Shown here one piece after another: positions 37,574 through 47,695 of a stretch of 64,000 nt of DNA. Under the pieces are notes generated by a model that was not told the DNA's origin, made no database searches, and saw only the letters and a list, made by a program, of their open reading frames with translations. Position numbers and translations under genes: made by a program. Position 1 is the stretch's first letter; each line of letters opens with the position of its first letter. Origin of the DNA: a virus (Duplodnaviria > Caudoviricetes); the IMG/VR virus record IMGVR_UViG_3300032138_000013, positions 561 to 64,560 of that record, one strand, 5' to 3'.

Positions 37574-38450
37574 TAATCCAAGAAAACAAGATCTTGCTAA
37601 CTTAAAAAACTTTGAGTTAATGCCTTCCACGATTGAGACAATTGATCGTGCCCTTTTTGATTATATTGATCAAGAGTTGGATGTTTTTTGCACCACAAAC
37701 AAAGGCTTCAAAAAAGTGCCGTTTATCTGGTCCGGTGCTGAGAGAGCATACCAAATAAAACACAATAGAGAATTAAGAGATGTTAATGGTTGGCTAATCT
37801 ATCCAATTATGAGTCTTGAAAGGACCGGCATCTCAAAAGATCTTTCCAAGCGTGGCGCTTATTATGCTGCTGTTAATAATCAGGGAGGCAACAAGGGTGG
37901 TTCAATGACTGTTGCCAGAGAGATAAAACAAGATAAAACAGCCAACTTTGCTAACGCAGATTCTAAACGACTTGTTTTAAACGCAGTGGGAACAAATCAA
38001 AACAACTTCCCACGACAAAATAAGAAAGTTGTCTATGAGACAATTACTGTGCCAATTCCAGTTTATCTTGAGGTCACTTATACGTTAACCGTAATGTCGG
38101 AATATCAACAACAAATAAATGAAATAATCACCCCATTTATGACTAAGACCGGCGCGGTCAATTACTTTGTTGTTGAAAGAGATAATCATAGGTTTGAGGT
38201 GTTTCTTGAATCAGATTATGGCTTAAATAATAACGCTTCTTCCTTGTTGGAAGATGCCCGAGGTTATGAGACTGTAATCAATTTTAGAGTCATCGGATAT
38301 ATTATGGGCGCAGACAAAAATGAAGAGCGTCCAAAGGTTGTTAGAAGGGAAAACGCAGTAGAAATAAAGCTGCCAAGAGAGCATGTTATTTTCGGAGATA
38401 TCCCAGAACATCTACACATTAGCGGCAATGTTCCTTTTTATCGGGAGTAA
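37563..38450 (+). CDS. gp15: Tail terminator/sheath stabiliser (T4 gp15-like)
   Basis: Position between gp14 and sheath; PIMSLER and IPVYLEVTYTLTVMSEYQQQINEII. Confidence 0.6.
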   Translation: MPPDNPRKQDLANLKNFELMPSTIETIDRALFDYIDQELDVFCTTNKGFKKVPFIWSGAERAYQIKHNRELRDVNGWLIYPIMSLERTGISKDLSKRGAYYAAVNNQGGNKGGSMTVAREIKQDKTANFANADSKRLVLNAVGTNQNNFPRQNKKVVYETITVPIPVYLEVTYTLTVMSEYQQQINEIITPFMTKTGAVNYFVVERDNHRFEVFLESDYGLNNNASSLLEDARGYETVINFRVIGYIMGADKNEERPKVVRRENAVEIKLPREHVIFGDIPEHLHISGNVPFYRE

Positions 38451-38466
38451 AGGTTATATTTAGGAC

Positions 38467-38497
38467 TTTCAGGTTTTTCTCAACTATTTATTTACGA
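38467..38497 (+). promoter_or_regulatory. Putative late promoter for the tail sheath
   Basis: GGACTTT-N13-ACTATTTATTTACGA. Confidence 0.6.
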
Positions 38498-38557
38498 TAA
38501 TAAGAATATTTTTTATTCCTTAGCACATATCGAAGAGCGACAAGGAGACACTTCATA

Positions 38558-41455
38558 ATGTCAGTTAAATCTTTCAAGTTTATTTCACCAGGCATATTTA
38601 TCAATGAGATTGATAATTCACAACTGCCTGCTGTAGCAGACGAAATGGGACCAGTGATTATTGGTAGAACAGAACGAGGACCAGCAATGCGTCCAGTTAA
38701 GGTTAACTCCTTTTCAGAATATGTTCAAACTTTTGGTAACCCAATCCCAGGCGGTCAGGGTGGCGATGTCTGGCGCGATGGTAACTATACCGCCCCAACA
38801 TATGCCGCATTTGCTGCACAAGCTTACTTAAGAAATAGTAATGCTGTAACTATGGTTCGTCTTCTTGGCGGACAGAAAGCTGGTCTTTCCACCTCCGCCG
38901 CAGGACGCGCAGGTTGGGAAACTCAAAATGCCGCAGGAACAGCCCTTGTAAACACTGCTACGGGATCGACCAATGGCGGCGCATACGGGTTATTCATTTT
39001 CAACTCTGGTTCCAACGGGCTTGGCACCCTCCATTCGGGCACCCTCGCCGCAGTTTGGTATTTAAAAGGAGGCTCAATAGAGCTTTCAGGTACAGTTCGC
39101 GAAACTGCTCCTTTAGGTTTCAAAACAACAGGCTCCGCAATTTTAATTGAAGATTTAAACCTTTCCAGCGTTGCCGGTGCAAGCGCACACGAATATAAAG
39201 TTCTCATTAAAGACGGCGGAGGTGTGCTTCGAAAGGAGACAGCATTTAACTTTTCACGCTCTAGCGCAAAGTTCATTCGTAAGGTTTTCAATACAAACCC
39301 CACATTAACGAATCTCGATATTACAAGAGGTCCACAAACAGCGAGCTACTGGCTTGGTGAATCTTATGAAGGCACCGTCGCTGATAAGATTACCACTGAC
39401 AATTCTTTTGCAGCAATCCTTGGATTGGATAGTGGTTCCTCCCCCGCCTCAGATTTCCGTTTTGGATTCCGATCCGCACAAACTCCTTGGTTTATCTCAC
39501 AGGATCTCCAGTCTGCTTACGCAGGCTTCGTTGCAGACGCCCAGACGAAACTGTTTAAGTTTCACACACTTGATGCTGGCGAGGACGAACAAAAGAAAGT
39601 TAAAATCTCTATCTCTGGTATCAAAATATCCAGCAATTCTTCAGATCCTTATGGTTCGTTTAATGTTGAAATACGAGATGCTAGAGACAATGATAACGCT
39701 CCCATAATTTTAGAGCGATTCAGCAACGTAAATCTTAACCCTAATTCTCAAAAATACATTGCCAGAGTTATTGGTGATCAATTCCTTGTATGGGACGACA
39801 CCGAACGCCGTCATCGTGTTTATGGAGATTATCTTAACGCATCTAACATTGTTCGTATTGAGATGAATGAGGATGTGGCTGCCGGTGCAACCGATGCAAG
39901 ATTGCTTCCATTCGGCTCTTTCGGACCTGTGCGTTTCGCCAGTTGGGAGTATGCATCAGGTTCTGATGCTCCTGCTAATATATGGGCGAAAGGTTCCGGC
40001 AGTATTCCAAACGCAGCCGTTTACGGTGCTGTCACTGCCCCTGGATTCTTAGCAGTCTCCACTTCCTCTGTCCATGACCCTGCTGGTGAAGAGACTCAGT
40101 GGACTGGTTCGGTTTTTTACCCTGCTATCCCCCTTAGAGTTAGTGCTTCTGATGGAGATATTCCAGATCCAAAGAACGCATACTTCGGCATTGACACAAC
40201 TCAGGCAAGCAACAACCGTTTTGAAGACAGCTATGCCGAACTTGTTAGAGCACTGCCCTCCGCAGTGGATTCTTTCGCCACCACTAACGGCACCGAATTT
40301 TCGTATGTGTTCACACTTGATGATATAAGAGCATTTCCGGCAGGAAGCAAGCGTGCTGTTTATACTTCAGGCTCACGAAATGCAGGAACCTCGTTCACCG
40401 CAACAAGCGGAAGTTATGAAGAAGTTCTTAATGCGGGCTACAATCGCTTTACCGTTCCATTACATGGTGGTTTCGATGGTTTAGATATCACCGAGAAAGA
40501 AGCCTTCAATAATACTAGAATGGGTTCCACTGATCCCGCAAGTTATACATATTATAGTGCCCGACGCGCTATTGATACAGTGGCCAGTCCAGAGAGTGTT
40601 GAATACAACTTAATGGCAATGCCAGGTGTTTACAAGGAAGCTATTACAGCCCACATGATTGAGGTTTGTGAAAGTAGAGGTGACGCATTAGCAGTGATTG
40701 ATATTGATAGTGGATATGTCGCTCAAACCGAGAACACAGAATCTCAACAAACAAATGCGGGCTCTGTTTCGACAGCAGTCACCAATATGAGAAATCGTCA
40801 ACTTAATACAAGTTATGGTTGCGCCTACTATCCTTGGGTCCAAATCCGCGACACTATTAGTGACAGCCTGCTTTTCGCTCCACCTTCTATTGTTGCTCTT
40901 GGAACATTCTCCAGCGCACAAAGAAGTTCAGAGCTTTGGTTTGCTCCAGCGGGCTTCACCCGTGGCGGTCTTACTGAAGGTTCGGCAGGACTTCCAGTCA
41001 TTCAGACGCGCACCCGCTTGAATTCTAAAGAACGCGATGATCTTTATGAAGCAAACATTAACCCAATCGCAACATTCCCAGCAGAAGGAATTGTAATCTT
41101 CGGACAGAAGACACTTCAAGTTACCCCATCTGCTTTGGATAGAATTAATGTTCGTCGCTTGATGATCTATGTTAAAAAAGAAATCTCAAGAATATCGGCA
41201 AGACTATTGTTTGATCAAAACGTCCCTGCTACTTGGAACCGATTCTTAGGTGAGGTTGATCCTTTCCTTAGATCTGTCCAGTCCAGACTTGGATTAACTG
41301 ATTACAAGGTTGTGCTTGACGAATCAACAACAACACCAGAATTGATTGATAGAAATGTTATGTATGCGAAAATCTTCTTAAAACCAGCCAGAGCAATTGA
41401 GTTTATCGCACTTGATTTTGTTATTACAAATACAGGCGCAGGTTTCGAGGATTAA
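38558..41455 (+). CDS. gp18: Contractile tail sheath protein (gp18-like), enlarged at 965 aa
   Basis: SPGIFINEID; WFAPAGFTRG; RINVRRLMIYVKK; KPARAIEFIALDF. Confidence 0.93.
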   Translation: MSVKSFKFISPGIFINEIDNSQLPAVADEMGPVIIGRTERGPAMRPVKVNSFSEYVQTFGNPIPGGQGGDVWRDGNYTAPTYAAFAAQAYLRNSNAVTMVRLLGGQKAGLSTSAAGRAGWETQNAAGTALVNTATGSTNGGAYGLFIFNSGSNGLGTLHSGTLAAVWYLKGGSIELSGTVRETAPLGFKTTGSAILIEDLNLSSVAGASAHEYKVLIKDGGGVLRKETAFNFSRSSAKFIRKVFNTNPTLTNLDITRGPQTASYWLGESYEGTVADKITTDNSFAAILGLDSGSSPASDFRFGFRSAQTPWFISQDLQSAYAGFVADAQTKLFKFHTLDAGEDEQKKVKISISGIKISSNSSDPYGSFNVEIRDARDNDNAPIILERFSNVNLNPNSQKYIARVIGDQFLVWDDTERRHRVYGDYLNASNIVRIEMNEDVAAGATDARLLPFGSFGPVRFASWEYASGSDAPANIWAKGSGSIPNAAVYGAVTAPGFLAVSTSSVHDPAGEETQWTGSVFYPAIPLRVSASDGDIPDPKNAYFGIDTTQASNNRFEDSYAELVRALPSAVDSFATTNGTEFSYVFTLDDIRAFPAGSKRAVYTSGSRNAGTSFTATSGSYEEVLNAGYNRFTVPLHGGFDGLDITEKEAFNNTRMGSTDPASYTYYSARRAIDTVASPESVEYNLMAMPGVYKEAITAHMIEVCESRGDALAVIDIDSGYVAQTENTESQQTNAGSVSTAVTNMRNRQLNTSYGCAYYPWVQIRDTISDSLLFAPPSIVALGTFSSAQRSSELWFAPAGFTRGGLTEGSAGLPVIQTRTRLNSKERDDLYEANINPIATFPAEGIVIFGQKTLQVTPSALDRINVRRLMIYVKKEISRISARLLFDQNVPATWNRFLGEVDPFLRSVQSRLGLTDYKVVLDESTTTPELIDRNVMYAKIFLKPARAIEFIALDFVITNTGAGFED

Positions 41456-41497
41456 TAACTAAATGACTATATACTATACAAACAGGAGAAATAAGTA

Positions 41498-42052
41498 ATG
41501 GCAGATAATTTTTGGCTTAATCCCAGCTTTGAGCCCAAAAGACAATTTAGATTTTTAATCGAATTGAGTATCGGAGGTCAGAACTTACAATTTCTTGCTA
41601 AGCAAGTCGATCGCCCCTCCTATACGATTAGCTCAAACCCCCATCAGTTTTTTAATCATACTTTCCACTACCCCGGTAGACTTACTTGGAATTCAATTAG
41701 TATGACCCTTGTGGACCCTGTTAGTCCCAATGCTTCTGAAATACTTTATAAGTATCTCGATTCAATTGGGATTGCCAAGCCCACAAGCCAAGCTACTGCA
41801 ACCGCTACAACTATTACAAAATCCTCTGCGACCAATGGGCTTGCAAGATTGGTGATTAAAGAAATGGGGACAAAACCCGGTACTGCCGAGACAAAGGTAG
41901 AGGGCAACTGGACATTCTTGAATGCCTTCCTTACCGATGTTAACTTTGGATCGCATTCTTATGATTCAGAAGATATGGTGGAAGTTGTCATGACGGTCCA
42001 ATACGACTGGGCAGAATACAGATTGGGCGACGATATCGCCTCTGGCACCTAA
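41498..42052 (+). CDS. gp19: Tail tube protein (gp19-like)
   Basis: FEPKRQFRF, YPGRLTW, VQYDWAE; follows the sheath. Confidence 0.85.
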   Translation: MADNFWLNPSFEPKRQFRFLIELSIGGQNLQFLAKQVDRPSYTISSNPHQFFNHTFHYPGRLTWNSISMTLVDPVSPNASEILYKYLDSIGIAKPTSQATATATTITKSSATNGLARLVIKEMGTKPGTAETKVEGNWTFLNAFLTDVNFGSHSYDSEDMVEVVMTVQYDWAEYRLGDDIASGT

Positions 42053-42128
42053 ATAATTTTTTAAAAACTATTTAAATTATTATCTTAGATAAGTTATAAT
42101 ACATATAGACAAAAACAAAGAGGTGTAA

Positions 42129-42995
42129 ATGTCTAGAAATAAACAGCGTTCAAAGGCTGCTGTGTCCTCGACTCCGACTGCTAATACTGGAGCCGATCTT
42201 ACACAAGCTCCGCCGTCAACGCTCTCATACGTCACTCCAACTGAGTTTGTGGAACTTCCTTCTCGTGGTAAGTTTTATTCACCGGATCATCCCCTTCATG
42301 GAGAGGAGACAATTGAACTCCGTTACATGACGGCAAAGGACGAGGACATTTTAACTTCTCGCGCCCTTCTTAAGAACGGGCTAGCAATTGATCGCTTGTT
42401 AGAAGGTCTTGTTACTAATAAAGAAATTAATCCAAACAATCTTTTGATCGGAGATAAAAATGCTCTGCTCGTCGCCGCAAGGATTTCTGGCTATGGTGAG
42501 GATTATACTGTTGCAGTCAGTTGCCCTTCTTGTAACGCGAATAACGAACATAATTTTGACTTATCAGAACTTTCTTTAAACCACGGTGTCCAGCCAGATG
42601 AAGACAACACCAGCGGTGTAACCCAAACAGATAGAGGAACTTTTGTTGCGAAGCTTCCAAGAAGTAGTTATTCTGTCGAGTTCAGATTGTTGACAGGTGA
42701 CGATGAAAATTATCTAGCAAAATCAGAAGCACAACTTGCTAAACATAATCTTCCAGATGCTTCGGCGACTACTCTTCTTAAGAGGTTATCTGTCTCTGTA
42801 AATGGTGTAACCGATGTTGGAGAGATTAATAACTTTATTGATAGTATGCCTGCTCAAGACGCTCGCCACCTTCGGGCTTGTGTTCAAATTGTAACTCCAA
42901 ACGTTGATATGACACAGGACATTGAATGTTCCTCATGCGGTATTATAACTGAAATGGAGGTGCCGTTTACTTCGGAGTTTTTTTGGCCTCAATAG
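42129..42995 (+). CDS. Tail assembly chaperone / baseplate hub assembly protein (T4 gp26-like)
   Basis: VELPSRGKFY, MTAKDEDILT, CPSC...CSSC; lies between tube and tape measure; ends at FFWP on a T7 run. Confidence 0.7.
   Translation: MSRNKQRSKAAVSSTPTANTGADLTQAPPSTLSYVTPTEFVELPSRGKFYSPDHPLHGEETIELRYMTAKDEDILTSRALLKNGLAIDRLLEGLVTNKEINPNNLLIGDKNALLVAARISGYGEDYTVAVSCPSCNANNEHNFDLSELSLNHGVQPDEDNTSGVTQTDRGTFVAKLPRSSYSVEFRLLTGDDENYLAKSEAQLAKHNLPDASATTLLKRLSVSVNGVTDVGEINNFIDSMPAQDARHLRACVQIVTPNVDMTQDIECSSCGIITEMEVPFTSEFFWPQ
42978..42984 (+). promoter_or_regulatory. Candidate programmed +1 frameshift site (TTTTTTT)
   Basis: GAG TTT TTT TGG CCT CAA TAG; the +1 frame reads TTT TTT GGC CTC... open to 43173. 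Confidence 0.6.
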
Positions 42996-43002
42996 TGAGT
43001 AT

Positions 43003-43173
43003 ATGGCAAACGTTTATGAACAATTCTTTTACCTTCAATTTCACGGAGGTTGGAGCTTTATCGAAGCTTACAACCTACCTGTACAGCTAAGAAACTGGTT
43101 TGTACGCAGATTATCAAAGCATTTTGAAGACGAACGACAGGCAATAGATAATGAGCGAAAAAAGAATCGATAA
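43003..43173 (+). CDS. Second tail-chaperone segment (56 aa from ATG, or frameshift extension); missed by the ORF track
   Basis: MANVYEQFFYLQFHGGWSFIEAYNLPVQLRNWFVRRL...; frame is open back through the slippery run; no clear Shine-Dalgarno. Confidence 0.7.
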   Translation: MANVYEQFFYLQFHGGWSFIEAYNLPVQLRNWFVRRLSKHFEDERQAIDNERKKNR

Positions 43174-43186
43174 ACTAGGTTAACAA

Positions 43187-43217
43187 AAACGGGCATTTAT
43201 TGCCCGTTTCTTTTTTT
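43187..43217 (+). terminator. Intrinsic terminator
   Basis: AAACGGGCA-TTTAT-TGCCCGTTT then CTTTTTTT. Confidence 0.8.
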
Positions 43218-43261
43218 ATAAAACTACTTATTAGAGATAAGTATACTTGGAGGTACATAAC

Positions 43262-43594
43262 ATGCAAGAATCAAACGACTTGGTTCCAATTGAAATCAAC
43301 TTAAATGTAAGCAAACAAGGTCTTCTCAATGAGAGTTGGCTTGCTATGTTTGGTGGTGCTGTCGAGACGATCTTGGGTGCTATGTTTGGTGGTAAATCTG
43401 TTCCTGTTAATGTTTCAGGCACACCGAAACAAGTAAATTCATTTAACACGGCACTTGGTTCTGAAGCACGATACCTGAAGGCTATGAAGCGTCACGGGTT
43501 ACAAGATCCAAAAGTTCTAAGCGATAAAACAAAGCTTGATCGAGCCATTAGAAACTTTGAGCGAGAAACAGGCATTGTTTGGCCATTCAAATAG
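43262..43594 (+). CDS. Hypothetical protein upstream of the tape measure
   Basis: GGAGG Shine-Dalgarno then ATG at 43262; late-type motif at 43223. Confidence 0.65.
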   Translation: MQESNDLVPIEINLNVSKQGLLNESWLAMFGGAVETILGAMFGGKSVPVNVSGTPKQVNSFNTALGSEARYLKAMKRHGLQDPKVLSDKTKLDRAIRNFERETGIVWPFK

Positions 43595-43607
43595 GGAGTA
43601 ACTAAGA

Positions 43608-45764
43608 GTGGCACCACCATCAGATGAAGAAACAAAAAAAGCTGGAATGCTTGGAGAGCTTGAGACTCGGGCAAAAGAACTAGAGGACATTGATCCAGCA
43701 GCGGCAGCCCAACTGAAGGGGATGATATCTGCATTAAAAGATTCAAAAATTTCAGCGGAAGAAGCCGGTGAAGCGCTCGCCGATTTAAATAGAATCATTA
43801 GAGAAACTGCTGACTCAGGAAGGGATTTCGACCGCGCCCTTCAACGCTCAATAAAAACATTCACAGGTGTAACCGACGCCTCCAACACCCTTATGGGTTC
43901 TTTTGTCAATATGGCAAAGGAACAAAAAACCCTTGGCGGTATTTTTGACGAAACTAAGAAAAGTTTTGATAAAGCGGTATCAGGTCACAAAATTGGTATT
44001 TCTGTAGCTCGAAAGCTTGTGGAAGGAACAATACTGCTCGCAAAGGCGAATGATTCAGCCATGGCTTCCTTCAATGGTGCCACAGGTGCCGGAGGTCGTT
44101 TCAATAAGCAGATAATTGAATTAGAAAAAGAAAATAGAAAATTTGGTATTGGTGCCACCGAATCCGCCGCCGCTCTAAAAACTTTGATTGGAGGTCTTTC
44201 AGGCTTCGGGCTAATGGCTAAAGACACCCAAACTGCATTAGCAGATGAAGTTGCCGAGTTGCAAAAATTAGGGGCTGCTGGTGCAGACACCAGTGGCGTC
44301 TTCCAAAGTGTAACAAAAACATTTGGAATGACCACAGACGCTGCCAAGCGTTTGACCCAACAGGCAGAAACCTTAGCTCAACAGCTTGGTATCTCTGTAG
44401 GTCAAGTAATCGGCGATTTAAACAAAGCGCTGCCACAACTTGCAGTATTGTCCGGCGACGAAGTTTCAGGCGCATTCAAAAGATTATCAGAACAAGCAAT
44501 AGAAACAGGATTATCTATTGACACTCTAACAAGCATTGCCGATAAATTTATGACATTTGAATCAGCAAGTAAAGCAGCGGGAAATCTTAACGCTGTTCTC
44601 GGCACGCAAATTTTTGATACAATGGGACTGCTTGAAGCTCAACTCGAAGGACCACAAGCTTTCATTGACAAACTTAGAACAGACCTTCAAGCATCTGTTG
44701 GAGATTTTGATTCACTAACGGTCTTCCAGAAACAATCAATCGCGAATGCTTCTGGAATGTCTGTTATTGAAGTAAGAAACTTAGTGAATGCCAAGGCACT
44801 ATCAGCGGAAGAGAAAAAGCAAGCAAAGTCAAGAGAAGACAATCTCACAGCAACAATGGATTTAATGGCTGAGCTTAAAGCACTTGGAGCAGAATTGACT
44901 GTTGCATTCTCGCCTGTTATCAAAGGACTTAAAATTGTTCTCAGTAAAATAGCAAGCATGCTTGAACTGTTCAGAAAAGTGGGGGAAAAGATACCTCTTC
45001 TATCAAAAGGGCTTGGAGGAGGAATTGGAACGGTCGCTGGTGCCGCAGTCGCAGCTAAAGGTGGAAAATGGGCGGCAAATAAGGTATCTTCAGCGCTTGG
45101 CTGGGGCGGCGGCAAGCTTGGCACCAAAGACAACCCAATGTTTACACAAGATGTGAACGACAAAGGCGACGGCGACGGCGACGATTCGGCGAAAAAAGGT
45201 TTGATGAAGTCAATTGGTGATCGGCTCAAAAAAACTAAACTTGGGCAAAAGGCGACCAGCATAGCTGACAAGGTTAAAGGTCTTGTGCCCAAAGGAGGGG
45301 GAGGAGGGTTCTTCGGCGGAATGAAAAACATGTTCAAGGGCGCAGCTAAGAGATTTGGTCCAAAATCACTTGTAAAACTCGGAGGAAGACTTGTTCCAGG
45401 GGTTGGTACAGCAATGTTGGCTTATGACGCGATGCAACTCGGAAGAAGATTTCTCAATAACGGATCAGACAGCACAGACGGCAACCCATATGTAGTTGGC
45501 GATGATCCGGGCAACCCCCGCGCAAAACCAGAGCTTGTCGTGCCACCACCCGGATCTGCTGTTATAAACAATTCAATATTGAAAGCCGCCGTTCGACAAA
45601 ACACAGGCGGTCAAGCAAATCAGGAAATTCTTACCGCTATAAAGGCTTTGGCTGATCGCAAGATCGAAGTAACGAATAATGTGCAACCAGTTATGCTTAA
45701 GCGAACCTTCGAAGATGGACTCACCGACTCCACCGGAGCCCCTCGGGGCACATTAAGGGCTTAA
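43608..45764 (+). CDS. Tape measure protein
   Basis: Long Ala/Gly/Lys-rich helical protein after the chaperones; C-terminal YVVGD...PELVVP...N motif typical of tape measures. Confidence 0.8.
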   Translation: MAPPSDEETKKAGMLGELETRAKELEDIDPAAAAQLKGMISALKDSKISAEEAGEALADLNRIIRETADSGRDFDRALQRSIKTFTGVTDASNTLMGSFVNMAKEQKTLGGIFDETKKSFDKAVSGHKIGISVARKLVEGTILLAKANDSAMASFNGATGAGGRFNKQIIELEKENRKFGIGATESAAALKTLIGGLSGFGLMAKDTQTALADEVAELQKLGAAGADTSGVFQSVTKTFGMTTDAAKRLTQQAETLAQQLGISVGQVIGDLNKALPQLAVLSGDEVSGAFKRLSEQAIETGLSIDTLTSIADKFMTFESASKAAGNLNAVLGTQIFDTMGLLEAQLEGPQAFIDKLRTDLQASVGDFDSLTVFQKQSIANASGMSVIEVRNLVNAKALSAEEKKQAKSREDNLTATMDLMAELKALGAELTVAFSPVIKGLKIVLSKIASMLELFRKVGEKIPLLSKGLGGGIGTVAGAAVAAKGGKWAANKVSSALGWGGGKLGTKDNPMFTQDVNDKGDGDGDDSAKKGLMKSIGDRLKKTKLGQKATSIADKVKGLVPKGGGGGFFGGMKNMFKGAAKRFGPKSLVKLGGRLVPGVGTAMLAYDAMQLGRRFLNNGSDSTDGNPYVVGDDPGNPRAKPELVVPPPGSAVINNSILKAAVRQNTGGQANQEILTAIKALADRKIEVTNNVQPVMLKRTFEDGLTDSTGAPRGTLRA

Positions 45765-46355
45765 ATGACCACACCATATTCAAGACCTATCTATATTGAT
45801 GCTGTTGGTGTCGGCGGCTTTGCTGCCGCAAGAGGATACATCCTTACCTTTACTCATGTTGAAACGGGTCATTCTGTTTCTTTTCCCGCTGCCATTCAAA
45901 ATTTTAGTGATACTCACACTGCCGAAATAAGTGATAAAATGTTTTCTGATAGGATGGATCCATTAATTTCACAAGCTACCACCGGCAGAAAGATCAGTTT
46001 AGCCTTTAAAGTTCTTAACGCTTCTGTGGAAGAAGCAAGGCATAATGAGCAAAGCATTAATATGTTGATACAGATGATGTATCCAAAATTGCGAAATAAC
46101 GGTAAGGTTTCAATAGGGTCTTTTATAAAGATTGGCGGATTTAATATGCTTAAGGATAGCCCAACTGAAAAAAGTGCTATATGTTTAGTTAATAAAATAA
46201 ATTATAGCTTAAATATCGATGAAGGATTTATCACTCCCAATACCGAAGAATGCCACCCTATTTCTATAACAATTAATATTAGTGCTGAAGCAATTCTTCC
46301 AGATGTTCCCAAAGACAGCCCTTCTCCAATTCCAACCAACTACCCAAGCTATTGA
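45765..46355 (+). CDS. Tube-fold baseplate/tail initiator protein, paralog of 46366..47271
   Basis: RMDP...RKISLAFKVLNASVEEARHN aligns with RIDK...RKANLSFNLPAKNVAEAKEN. Confidence 0.5.
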   Translation: MTTPYSRPIYIDAVGVGGFAAARGYILTFTHVETGHSVSFPAAIQNFSDTHTAEISDKMFSDRMDPLISQATTGRKISLAFKVLNASVEEARHNEQSINMLIQMMYPKLRNNGKVSIGSFIKIGGFNMLKDSPTEKSAICLVNKINYSLNIDEGFITPNTEECHPISITINISAEAILPDVPKDSPSPIPTNYPSY

Positions 46356-46365
46356 TAGGTAAAAA

Positions 46366-47271
46366 ATGAGTTATCAATTTTCAGATGTTAAAACCCTTGG
46401 AGACAAAAGTTATTTTGGATTATCTATTAGTAATGCAGAAGGGAAGTTCGCGCCATTCTCAAGATATGTATTTTTAACAGATTATGCTGAAGACTTTGAA
46501 GCAGTGTGGTCAATAGAACCAGGCGGCAATGGTCGCATAGACAAAGATTATAGTTATGTTTCCACAAATAGAAAAGCAAATCTATCATTTAATCTACCTG
46601 CTAAAAATGTAGCGGAAGCCAAAGAAAACTTAGATTTTTGTTCAAAACTAGCCAAGACTGTTTACGGAAGCTATTCAAGAGAGGACGAATTAACTATTTT
46701 TGGAAATAGTAGGTATCGATATAATGGTGCCAACATAGAAAATAAAGTTAAATTTGGAAACCTTATACGAAACGAGTTTTGTTTTTTTACAGATTTTTCC
46801 TTTACTCCAAATATAGATGCCGGTGTGTTTGAATACAATGGACAAGAAGTTGGCTTAGTTGGTCCGAATGGAGGTCCGCCAAGAACAGTCGGGGAAACAC
46901 AGACATCACACTTCTCAAATGACAAAGGACCAGATGGATTGATATCCGAAACCGGCTATGTTTACCACGACAATAAAGGCGATGTTTACCCAAGAGAAGT
47001 AAGTGTTACTATTTCTGTTATTATTTTACACAATTATCCGCTTGGCTTCGGCGGACCTCGCCGCCCAGGAAAACCACTTAAGTGGGCAGAGAACAAAAAC
47101 AGAGATTGGCCACACGGCACAGGTCCAACTTATCCTGTTCCATCATATATGGAATCAAATCCTGTCCAGAATCACCCCGAAGAAGCCCAAGACTCTCCTC
47201 TGCTTGATGAGCGTGAAGTACTTGGTAGAAAATATACGCTTGATGAAAATGGAGTTATAACTTGGGATTAA
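46366..47271 (+). CDS. Tube-fold baseplate/tail initiator protein
   Basis: Paralog of the upstream gene; VYPREVSVTISVIILH; position after the tape measure. Confidence 0.5.
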   Translation: MSYQFSDVKTLGDKSYFGLSISNAEGKFAPFSRYVFLTDYAEDFEAVWSIEPGGNGRIDKDYSYVSTNRKANLSFNLPAKNVAEAKENLDFCSKLAKTVYGSYSREDELTIFGNSRYRYNGANIENKVKFGNLIRNEFCFFTDFSFTPNIDAGVFEYNGQEVGLVGPNGGPPRTVGETQTSHFSNDKGPDGLISETGYVYHDNKGDVYPREVSVTISVIILHNYPLGFGGPRRPGKPLKWAENKNRDWPHGTGPTYPVPSYMESNPVQNHPEEAQDSPLLDEREVLGRKYTLDENGVITWD

Positions 47272-47335
47272 GGAAGATGACTAAAAGAACATATTAAACA
47301 AAATAAAGTTTATAAACTATTTATAAGGTAGCACA

Positions 47336-47683
47336 ATGGCATATATCGATACAAAAAGAAGACGAAAAAGATTTATATTTACAAACGATAAAGGTTTGTA
47401 TGAGGATATCTTACGCCGTAAAAAAATAAGAAATATCAGACAATTCTCTACCCTGAATCTTTCAAGCCTAAGAAATCTCAGAACAACAAATAACATAAAC
47501 GAAGTAACTCATATTTGGAAAACAGGCGATAGATATTACAAATTGGCAAATCAATATTATGGAAGACCAGAATTGTGGTGGGTAATTGCACTCTATAATC
47601 AAAAGCCAACAGAAGGTCATATAAGATTGGGGAATGTGTTAAGAATTCCAATGCCTATTGAACTTGTGCTTTATTATCTATAA
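47336..47683 (+). CDS. LysM-like baseplate protein (gp53/tail X-like)
   Basis: HIWKTGDRYYKLANQYYGRPELWWVIALYN...G.VLRIP. Confidence 0.75.
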   Translation: MAYIDTKRRRKRFIFTNDKGLYEDILRRKKIRNIRQFSTLNLSSLRNLRTTNNINEVTHIWKTGDRYYKLANQYYGRPELWWVIALYNQKPTEGHIRLGNVLRIPMPIELVLYYL

Positions 47684-47695
47684 TGGGGAAAGAAT

